Source of the DNA: Verrucomicrobiia bacterium
GTDB taxonomy: Bacteria > Verrucomicrobiota > Verrucomicrobiia > Limisphaerales > UBA11358
Assembly (NCBI GenBank): GCA_036490655.1
Contig: DASXDM010000016.1
Coordinates: forward strand, 83,135 to 147,134
Direction: 5' to 3'
Length of the DNA stretch: 64,000 bases
Positions 9,287-21,200 of this stretch are shown here, piece after piece. A program made the position numbers and the translations under genes. The notes beneath the pieces were generated by a model that saw nothing but the letters and a program-made list of their open reading frames with translations, ran no database searches and was not told where the DNA came from. The first letter of the stretch is position 1. Every line of letters begins with the position of its first letter.

Positions 9287-12200
9287 ATGCGTTCACGAGT
9301 GAAGATGTGGATCCTGTTGAGCCTGCTGGGCATTGGCGGCGCGTGGATCTTTTGGCATATGGAAAACGGGCACATGCTGAGGGCCGGGCGGCAGAGGCCT
9401 TTGCCGGTGATGTCTTTGGCCTCCAGCGCGCCCCGGTTGACGAAAGCGTCGCTGGCGCAAAAAGCGGCGCAGTTGACGGCCTCGCGGACCAATCTCTTTG
9501 CCTACCGGCTGAACAACACGGGGAAGACCCTGGAACAATTGTTGCATGACCCGCATGCGATCCTGCTGGAGAATGCGTTGATCGATTCCCGCCGTCCGTT
9601 GGGCCTGACATTTCCGAAGTCGTTGCAGCGGCAGGGCGATCCCGGGGCGTACCTCGTGCAGGCGCGGGGGGTGGACAGCGGCGCATTTCGCGCGATGCTG
9701 GCGGCCAACGGGGCGAAGGTCATCTCTTATATCCCCAACAATGCCTACCTGGTGGAAGCTTCGGCGGGGATTGCCGGCACGGTGGCGCAAAATCCGGCCA
9801 CGCAAGCCGTGTTGCCCTACGAGCCCTATTACAAGGTCCAATCTACGCTGCTGGGCGCGGCGACGGCCCAGACCATTTTACCGCGGAACGCGATCCTGAC
9901 GCTGGGACTGTTTCCGGACAACGCGGCGCAGACTATTTCGCAGATCCAGAACCTGGGGGCGCAGATCGTTTCGGAAGACAGTTCGCCTTTTGGGCCGGTG
10001 GTGCGGGTGATGCCGCCGACGGATTGGACCGCCCTCGCCGATTTGCCCGGGGTACAGATTGTTGAGCCGTCGCATACGCGTGTTCATGCCAATGATTTGA
10101 GCCGGGTGACCACAGGAGTATCGGTGGACACCCTGGTAGCGACCAATTACCTGGACCTGAGCGGTCTGAACGTGATGGTGGACGTGAACGACTCGGGCAT
10201 CGACCAGACGCATCCGGATTTTACATTGAACGGCAATGCCGCCTCCGGGCCGAGTGGTCCCACCCGGGTGACGGGTCAATTTGCGGGGGATTTGGTGGAT
10301 ACAGACGGGCATGGGACGTTTGTGGCGGGGGAGATCGCGGGTAACGGGAGCGAAAGTCATCCTCCGGGCGGTGTGAACGTCGGGGCGGCGGCGGAAGGCT
10401 CGGTGACCAACGCGGATTTCCGGGGCAAAGCGCCGGCGGCGATGTTATTTGCGGTGGACTTTCATGGCAGCGACAGCAATTTGCAGGCGGAGGCGGCGCT
10501 GACGAACGCATTGATCTCCAACAACAGTTGGGTCTATAGCGGGGACCAGACGTACGACCTGGCAGCGGCCAGCTATGATGCGGCGACGCGCGATGCGTTG
10601 CCGTATACGCAGGGGTCGCAACCGGTGTTGTTTGTATTTGCGGCGGGCAACGACGGTTTTGGGCAGATCGGGGGCAACAACAACACGGCAGACACCATTG
10701 ATTCGCCGGGGACGGCCAAGAATGTGATCACGGTGGGCGCGTTGGAAGAGGCGCGGAACATCACGAACTATGTGACTGTGGACGGGGTTTCCAACCAGGT
10801 ATGGGCGGGGATCACGGCCAATAATTTCCAGGTGGCGGATTTTTCGAGTTGCGGGAATGTGGGGATCGGGATGGAAGGGCAGTTTGGGCGTTTCAAGCCG
10901 GACGTGGTGGCGCCGGGGACCTTTGTCGTCTCGACGCGTTCCTCGGAATGGGACACCAACGCTTATTACAACCCGACGAACTATGATGACAGCATCCTGA
11001 CGAACCTGGTGGTGGGGGCGGGCCAGCTCGAATATTTCGGCCTGTCGATCCCGCAGAATGCGATCAGTGTGGAGATCGAGGCGCTGCCCTTCAATCCGGC
11101 GAACACCCTGTGGATCTATGCCAGCGACAGTGATTTTCCGGATCCGGCCAATCCGACCTCCGCTGATTTTTCTGAAACGAACGAGGTCCTGATCCCGCCG
11201 GACAATCCGCCCAACAGCACTTCGGCGACTTATTTGAGCGAGATCCAGGCGACGGTGTTGAACTACGCGATCGTCAATTCGAATGCGCAGGATGTGGCTT
11301 ACGACCTGTTCACGCAGATCGCGACGACGAACGACAACGGCGATTATTATGATGTCCTTTCGAACATGAACGACAGCCTGGGGCCGTATTACCGGTATGA
11401 GACGGGCACGAGCATGGCGGCGGCGGATGTCTCGGGGGTACTGGCGTTGATGCAGGATTACTTCACCAACCATCTGCAACTGCAGCCCAGCCCGGCGCTG
11501 ATGAAGGCGCTGCTGCTCAACGGCGCGCGACTGAGCGATGCCGAGCTCTACAACCTGCAGGTCAACAACACGATCAATTATGAGGGCTGGGGGCTGGTCA
11601 ACCTGCCGAACACCCTGCCGCCGGATATCACGACCAACGGGTTCAACGGCGCGGTGGCCTCCTCGATCTATTTCCAGGACCAGAGCCCGACCAATGCCCT
11701 GGCGACGGGGGACCTCCACACGTACACGCTGATTGCCCAGACCAACAATGAGCCGCTGCGCCTCACGCTGGCCTGGACCGATCCGCCGGGCAACCCGGTG
11801 GCCGCCATCAAGCTGGTCAACAGCCTCCAGCTCACGGTCACCAACACGGATAACCCCACCAATATCGTGGTCTATTACGGCAACGACATCGGGGAGGCCA
11901 GCGCCTTTAACACCGCGGAAAGTCCGACGAACCCGGTGGCCCCGGACACGATCAACAACGTGCAGACCATCATCATTCCCGAGCCGCTGGGCACCAACTA
12001 TACGATCACCGTCAAAGGTTACCGGGTGAATGTCAACGCGGTGGTCGAGCAGACCAACAACATCGTGCAGGATTACGCGCTGGTCGTCAGCAGCGGCGAT
12101 GGCGACGCGACGGGTTCCTTCACGGTCGTGGACCAGGGCACCGTCTCCAATCCGGCCGGGGACCAGGACATCCTGGCCATCGGCACCACGAACGCGCCGG

Positions 12201-15200
12201 TGGACAACCAGGTCCTGGGCGCCAGTTCGCCCTTGCTGGGCACGAACACGGTTTCCGTGGGCACCAATTCCACGTGGGCTTCGTCCGGCCTGATCACCGT
12301 CGGCCAGACCAACCAATGGCACTTTTATATCGTGACGAATGAGGCGCAGGACAGCGCCGGTTCGACCGCGGATGTCACGAACGCGGCTTTTGTGACGTAC
12401 AATGCCAACACCCTGGCCCTCCCGCGCACGGGGGTGTACGCCAACAGCGAAGCGAACTCCACGCGCACGGAGGCCGATGTGGACCTTTTCGTGACCACCG
12501 ATCCGACCTTGACGAACCTGAGCGCGACGGCGCTTTCCAATTGTGTCAACGGCGCGCAGATCGGCGCCTCGGCCGGCGGCGCCTTCAACGGGGCCTCGCT
12601 GGGGCGGGGCGGAGAGGAAGTGATCGTCGACACCAATTCCCAGCACGGCGAAGTCTATTATGTCGGGGTCCAATCGGAGGACCAGATGGCCGCCGAATAT
12701 AATTACATCTCCCTCTTCACGAGCGTTCCCTTCAGCCAGATGAATAATTCCAACGGGGTGGAGACCGTCAACGGCAATCCCATCCCGGCGGCCATCCCCT
12801 CCGGCTCGCCGGCTGTCCCCGGCTTCAGCGATGTGCTGGGGATTTCCCTCCAGCCCATCCAGATCCAGGCGGTCATCGTCACCAATGTCTTCGAACAGGT
12901 GGACGCCGGCGACCTGGTCAGTTCCCTGACCCTGGACTCAGGCGTGGGCGGCCGCACCACCGCGGTGCTGATGAACCATAATTCGCCGAATGTCCCGGGA
13001 ACCTTCCCTTATGTCTATGACGACACCGGCACGGTCATTGCCAGCACTTTGCCTCCCAACTATACGCTGCATCACTCGGACGGGCCCGGGAGCCTGCTCA
13101 ATTTCGTCGGGCAAAACGTGGGGATCTTTTCCCTGTGGAACTATCACATCGCCAACAGCGTGACGCCCTTCAGCGGCAGCGTGGACACGCTTTCCCTGAC
13201 CCTTATCCCGCATGAGAACCCGCAGAAAGGCATCACCGTGAGCATTCCGCCCGGTTCATGGTATTACAACTATGTCATCGTGCCGCCGGGTTATACCAAC
13301 CTGACCGTGGCGGCAACCAATTTGATGGTGCCACCAGGATCTATCCCGCTGCAACTGTATTTGAACGACGGCAATCCGCCGACAACCAATAATTTTCTCT
13401 TCGAAGCCGGTTTGACCAATAGCCCAACGGGACTGCTGTATCCCAACGGCGCTGATCCGGGTAATTCCATCTCCTACGGGCCGCCCCTGGCGCCGGGAAC
13501 TTATTGGATCGGGATCATCAATGGAAACACCGTGGCTCAAACGGTCTATCTGATCGCCACGCTCAGTGGTTTCCAGTCCGGCATCCCGCCCACGGTCACC
13601 GCGTCCAATGGGCCGCCGTTGACCCCGGAGGCCGTGACCAGTACGAATATTTTCATCTCCTCCACCGGGGAAGTCGCCTCGGTGAACGTGGGCATCGTGG
13701 CCTCGTACCCGCGGATCTCGGACCTGACCTTCACGCTGGTCAGCCCCGAGGGCCAGGAAGTCCTGCTGATGGAAAATCGCGGCGGGATCACGACGTCCAA
13801 CGCCGGGGCCATGGAGCTCTTCTCCAACCTGGTCAATTCCACCGCCACCGGCGGGGCGGCGGCCAGTACGAACTACCTGGCGGCCAACCCGGCCGGCGGG
13901 ACGCTGCCGATCGCTTACAACTTTTACACTTTGCCCGATGAGATGACCGTTTATGACTCGACCAACCCCCTGGATTTCAACCCGAACGGCCCGTTCTGCA
14001 TCTTAGACACCGGCTTCATCAATAACCCGCCCGCCGGCCCAGGGTCGCAAAATACGCAGACCGAATACACCAATACTACTTCTGCCTATCCGCCGAATTC
14101 GCCGGGCCTGACTATCATCATGAACCAGTTCGGCAATCCCTACGCCACTGGCAACGGCGATGCCTGGACGTATACCGCCGGCTCGGCCCAGACAAATTTC
14201 GAATATCTCATGTTCACCGAGGACACGAACCTGACCGACACGCCCATCAAATTTGCCGTGCCGCCCTTCGGCTTCGACGGCGGGGCCACCAATTATTCCT
14301 TCTCGTTCGAACAGGCCACCAACGGGGATTATTTCGGGTTCACCAACATCTTCGACCCGTTCGGCGGCTGGACGCTCCCGACCAACCTCACGACCGTCAC
14401 CACGGTCTTCAACCTCGCCAGCAACCAGGACGTGACCCTCACCAACACGGTGGTCCTGACCAATAATTTTGTCACGGTCGTCACCGACCCGAATAATTCG
14501 CTGGGCGATAATTTCCAGAGCAATTACCTGGCCCTGGCCGATGGCACCATCACCCGGTCCATCCCCACTATCCCCGGCGAGCAGTACAACATCACTTTCT
14601 GGTATCGCGGACCCGGCATCGCCGGCTGGTGGCGCGGCGAAGGCAACGCCCTGGACAGCGCCAACCCGGAAAATGACGGGCAAAACGGCTCGCTCATCGG
14701 CCGGTTCGATTTCCCGGCGGGCGAGGTCGGCCAGTCCTTCGAGATGGAAGACAACGGCCAGCCTTTTGATTTCGCCGGCACGAACAGTTACGTGCAGATC
14801 CACCCGCAATACGCCTTCTCCACGGTAAGCAATGCGATCGTGGAGTCCTCCACCCTGGATGTCGGCGCCGGCGGGGAGTTCACCATCGAAGGCTGGATCA
14901 ATCCCACCAACGTCACCTTCCAGCAGCCCCTGGTCGAATGGCTCGCCGGGACGCCCACCAATTATCCCAATGTCACCGATACCAATTTCAATATCGTCGC
15001 CGGGCCGTTCCTGGATCCGGCCACCAGCCATTATTATTACCTGCTGGGCGCCACGAACTGGACCGTCTCGGAGGCCTGGGCCCAATCGCTCGGCGGCCAC
15101 CTGGCCACCGTCGACACCGCCGATGAAGAGAACTGGATCTACGACGCTTTTGAAAATTACGACGGCACCAATCGTAACCTGTGGATCGGCCTGACCAACA

Positions 15201-18200
15201 ACGGCGCCACCTTCGCCTATGCCAGCGGCCTGACCAATCTCGCTTACACCGATTGGGCCACCAACCAGCCCGATAATTGCAACGGCAACCAGTTTTATGT
15301 CGCCATCATCACCGCCACCAATGCCCAGTCCGGCTTGTGGGAGATGGCCGATACCAACGGCCGGACTTGCGTCCCGCCCTTCACCAACCTCATCTACGGC
15401 GTCGCGGAAGTGCCCGCCCTCCAGACCAACGGCGTGCAGTTCTGGATCTCGGTCACGAATATCCCCGGCACGACCAACACCATCACCAGCAGCAATGGCT
15501 GCCTCTACGCGAACCTCGTGGACATCACCAACGGCTCCCATATCATTTTTTCCGCGCCCGGCCTGGTCCAATCCAATGTCTTCCAGCACGTCGCCCTCAC
15601 GTACAGCACTAATTCAGGCATCGCCAACCTGTTCTATGACGGCACCAACGTCGCCTCCACCAATCTCGGCGTGTTCATCCCCAAAACCACCGGCGATGTG
15701 TTGCTGGGCAAAGATATGAGCCTGCTCACCAATGATTATTACGGCGGCCTCATGGATGAGATGAGCATTTATCGCCGCGCCTTGTCCGACGCGGAGATCG
15801 CCACCATCTACAGTGTCTCGGCCTCCGCCACCAACGGTCTCACCGGCAAATTTGATCCCGCCGTCACCCCCGCCGCCGGCCTGGCCGAAGCGTTCGTAGA
15901 CCTGGGCGGCTTTACCAATGTCCTCTATGGCCTGAATGATCAGTGGGACCAATTCACTTATACTTTCATCGCCACGTCCAACTCGCTGCCCTTCTCGATC
16001 TCCGGCCTCCAGCCGGGCATGCTGCTCGCCCAATTCTCGGTCGCCCAGGCCCCCATCACCAATTTCTACTATTTCCCCGAACAATCGCTGGCCGAACTCA
16101 CCGGCGATAACGCCTTCGGCAACTGGACCCTCCAGATCTGGGATAATCGCACCGACAGCCTCCTGCCCCCCGATGGCGCCCTGGATAGCTGGACGTTGCA
16201 GATGGTCCTCCAAACCAATACGCCCTCCACCCTGGACCTTGACCCCAATTCACCCCTGACTATCACCATCCCCCCAGGCCAAATCGTCCCGCTGCTCATC
16301 ACGGTCCCGGATTGGGCGTCTCAGGTGGAAAACATCGTCGATTCGGACACCGGCCCGGTGAATGTCTTTTATAATTCCTCGCAGCCCCCCACGGGTGGTG
16401 GAACAGGGGATATAGAATTCACTCCCATAAGCGTGACCGCACCGCCGATTGTTCAGGTCGGTCCTACTTTGACTGCCTTAAGCGCTCCGCCGCTACCCAC
16501 GTCGCCGACAAATTTCTATTATCTCGGCGTCCAAAACACCAATACCCACGCCGTGAACGCCACCGTGGAAGTCGATTTCAATCTCATCAACTTGACGAAC
16601 GATGTCATCTACACCGGCACCGTGGGCACCAACCAAACCGAAAATTATTTCTCGTTCACTGTCACCAACGGGTTCGAAGCCACTTTCCAATTGCTCAAGC
16701 TCAGCGGCAACGCGGACCTCGTCGTCCGCCATACCCCTCCGCTGCCAACGTTGTTCAGCTCCGATTACGCCAGCTTCAACAACAGCAACGCCGATGAAAG
16801 TATCTACGTGCTCACCAATTCGTTGCCCGTCCCCCTCACCAACGGCACCTGGTATCTCGGCGTCATCAAACGTGATGCGGGCGCCCTCAACTATTCCATC
16901 CTGGCCAAGGAATTAGCCACCAATTCCCCGCCCACTGTCCTGGTCATCCCCCTGACCAACAATGTGCCGTACACATTCACCAACGAAGACGCCGGCGCGG
17001 CCCTCACCAATTTCTTCAGTTTCCAGGTCACCAACCCCGTCGTCAACGGCGTCACCAATTATGTCTCCGGCCTGCGCTTCGAGGTCTATGACCTGAATGG
17101 CAACGGCGATCTGACCGTCCAAACCAATGTCCCGCCCTTCGCGCCGCCGTTCTACCAGCTCAGCGCCCAGCCAGGCACCGTCCCCGAATATATCCAGGTC
17201 CAGACTAATAGCACCCTGACCAACCTCGCCGCCACCTGGTTCCTGGGAGTACCGAACAATGAGACGAATCCCATCAATTTTACCATCGTCGCCGAGATCG
17301 AAACCAATGGCGCGTTCCCCGCTTTCCCCGGAGCCCAGGGCGCCGGCGCCGGTACCGCCGGCGGCGGCGGCATCGGACCGGGCTTCACCAACAATACGGT
17401 CTATCATGTCACCAGCCTGGCTGACGATGGCAGTTTCGGTACATTACGGGATGCCGTGACGCGGACCAACCGGACGATTGTTTTCGACATTTCGGGTGTG
17501 ATCTTCCTGCAAACCCCGCTGGTCATTACCAATTCCTTCCTGACTATCGCCGGCCAATCCGCCCCGGGTGGCGGTATCACCGTCGCCGGCCAAATGACCG
17601 AATTGAGCACAAACCATGACGTCATCATCAGGGATGTAAGGTTCCGCGCCGGTGGCGCTCCATTGACTGGTTTTGAGATGGCGATCGCTGGAGATTATAC
17701 CAATGGACAAATAGTCGGAACGTGGACGGTTAAATCCAATCAGGTAAGTGTCGTTACTGATGCAGTCAATGCGATGCAAAGCAGCAACTATTTGGCTTTG
17801 GCCAATGGAACCATTTCAACCAACCTGACAACGATCCCAGGGCAGACTTACGCTGTGACATTTGGTTACCGCGGACCAGACATTGCGGGATGGTGGCGCG
17901 GCGAGAGCAATTTAGTTGATAGTGTCTACGGCAATAATGGTGTAGACACCAACGGAATGGTTGCTTATTCACATGCCCAAGTAGGACTGGGATTCAATTT
18001 TAATGGAAATCCCAACCGCGTGATTGTGTCTAATGCCCCAATTTTGAACTTTGTCTCAAATCAGAATTTCTCGATGGATGTATGGATTAAAGCAATTCCA
18101 TATAGCCCGGTTGGAAATGTTGCATCAATTTTCGACAAACGGACTATAAACGGTGCTGATTGCCATGGCTATGAACTCAATCTCAGTGGTGGTTCTGTAA

Positions 18201-21200
18201 ACCTCCACTTGTCCGATAACAATAATAGTGATGGTACCGTTTGGGGCGGCCCATACTTGGCCGATTCAACTTTACATCAACTTATTGTGACGCTAATGCG
18301 AAATTCCACAACAGGCATCCGCATATATGTGGATGGTACTCTCAGAGATACATATGATGCGACCTCCGTGCCAGGTGACCTTACAACCACTGTCCCATTG
18401 CGCATAGGTAATCATTCTGATCCGACTTATACCTCATCTTGGGACGGATTGATTGATGAAGCCTCTCTTTACGACCGTGCTTTATCCGCTTCCGAAGTCA
18501 AAGCCATTTATATGGACAGTACTAACGGTAAATTTGACCCTGTTGAATTCAAAATTTCGCCATCGTTGAGCTTGGCTAAGGCTCAAATTTTGGTAAATGG
18601 TGCTACTAACCTGATTTTTTATGGAAACAATACTAATTGGCAAGTTGAGACGGCCACTTTCACAGCGACTTCCAATAAGACAGCCGTTGCTATCTCCGGC
18701 ATGGAGCCCGGCATGTTGCTGGATGCATTAAGTATTGCACCCGGTGATTCTTTACAATTTAACACTGTATCAAACGTCATTGCCGATCACATCTCCACCG
18801 AATGGAGTACCAACAATGATCTGTCTGCCTTGAATTCTACCAATGTGACGGTACAATGGTCCATCATTGCCGACAGCGTGCATAACTCTGCCACCAATGG
18901 CTATGGTTCCTTGCTCCGCAACGGGAATGGCACGTTGAGCTTTCATCACAATCTTTATGCTGACAATGCCTATGCCAGCCCGCGGCTTGGCGATAATCTC
19001 AATCTCGATTTTGAGGATAACGTTATCTACAACTGGGGTACCAACGCCGGGTATTCCATGAATGAAACCCTCACCGATGATCCGAATGGCTTCACAAACA
19101 GGATGAATTACATCTGTAATTATCTCATTGCCAGCACCAATTCCCTGACGAATACCATCGCATTCTGGGCGGGTACGACGAATACCTGGATTTACCAGAC
19201 CAACAATTTCATCCAAAGCACCAACACCTCTACCAATACTTTGACTTATTTGGCGTTAACCGGACAAAACACCGGCTGGAATATGTTCACCACCAATGCG
19301 ACAGAATTCGATCGCGAATTCCAATTCCCGCCCATCTCAGTCGATGAAGCCGATCTCGCGTACGAAAAAGTTTTGGACTTTGCCGGGCCGGACATGGCTC
19401 AACGCGATGCTGTGGATACAAATATTGTCGGGCATGTCCGCACCCAGAATGGTTCTTTCCTCACTACAGAACCCATCCTGTCACTATCGGGTTCCGTGTT
19501 TCCCAACCTCGACACCGACCAGGACGGGATTCCGGATTTTTGGGAGGACACATTTGGGAGCAATCCTTTTGTCCCAAGCCAGAACAACGTCCTGGACGGT
19601 TCGGGTTATACCGAGCTTGAAGAATACCTCAACTGGCTGGCCGGACCGCATGCCCTCACGGTCACCAATCAGCCTGTCGGAGTGGATTTGATGCAACTCT
19701 TTGGCCAGACGGGCAACTTGAGTTTCTTTGTGACCAACGCGGTCAACGGCTCGGTTTATCTGACCAACGTCCTGAATTACACCAATGTCACCGGCACCCT
19801 CTTTGCAGTGACCAACACCGGCACCTATAGCAACAGCTTTGCTATCTTCACCCCGGCAAATAATTTCAACGGCACAACCACCAATTACGGCCTGGCCTCG
19901 TTCGACGTGTATGTCACGAATAACACCACGGTGGCTTACTTCGGCCCGGTCACGGTCAGCGTCGTCGCCAGCAAAGTCGCAGTTAAAGTAAATACCAACA
20001 TACCACCGGTGATTACCTCACTTGGCTTTGGAGTTTTTGATCCTACCAACTCCGGCGGCACGGATTTTTATGGACCTTATGTGCCAGACGCCAATGCAAT
20101 TGGCATGTCGTTTGTTGTCACAAACATCAACCCGACCGGCGGGGCGGATTTAATAGTCGCATACAACCGGTTGCCGTCGCTGTCAGACTACGATTACATC
20201 AGCACCAATCCGGTCAATGAGGCAGTGGTCATCTGGACCAATTCCATGCCGGTGCCGCTGACCAATGGCAACTGGTACGTGGGGGTGGTCGATGTCAATC
20301 CCTCCGGCGGATCGGTCAGTTATGATTTCCAGGCCACGGAATATCCGACCTTGTATCGGCCGCTGTTCCTGTACCCGACCACCAATGAAGTGTTCAGCAA
20401 CATTGAAACGACGCTCTTCCAACTGCAATGCCAGGCGACCGACACCAATACGCCGCCGCTGCCGCTAACATTCAGTCTGCTGAACCAGCCGGCCAATGTG
20501 CCCGGCGCGACCAACGTCATGACCATTGATCCCAATACGGGCCTCATCAATTGGACTCCCAACGAGGCGCAAGGTCCTTCCACCAACTCCATTTCCGTCA
20601 ATGTGTCGAACGGGGCTTACAGTGACACGAACACCTTTACGGTGATCGTGTTGGAATCGAATCTGGCGCCGTTCTGGCCGACCAATGTTCCCCTCCAGAC
20701 CAATTATGTCATCAACGCCTATGACCTGCTGACGGTGATGAACACGGCCACGGATACCGATATCCCGACGAATCCCTTGTCCTATGCGATGACGGTGACG
20801 CCGGCGGCGGGCAATGTCTCCATCGACACCAACGGCATCATCACCTGGACGCCGACGCTTGCCCAGGTGGGAAGCAATTACCTGTTCACCACGATAGTGA
20901 CGGATACGAACCCGTGGGCGATCAACTCGAAGTCCTTGAGCAACACGAATTATTTCACGGTCACGGTTCTTCCGCCATTGAACTTCACCAACGGGATGCC
21001 GCAGACGAACACCGTTCCACCCGGAGGAATCAGTTGGGTGGCCGTCCCGGTGCCGACGAATGCCATTTATGCGACGAATCTCCTGATCTATGCCACCAAC
21101 CTGCAGGTGAACGTCTGGTTCAGCACCAACCTGCCGCCGACCATCACCAATCCCCATGACCAGATCATTATCCCGGATGCCACCTCCGGCGTGAGGGTGC

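Noticed and set aside
10445-12673. 742-aa minus-strand ORF (also 14003-15589 at 528 aa, 21215-22153 at 312 aa, 20465-21157 at 230 aa) antisense to the giant gene
   Set aside because: Arg/Gly/Asp/His/Val-rich low-complexity translations typical of shadow ORFs opposite high-GC coding sequence. They lie entirely within a gene that has clear domain signatures on the plus strand.
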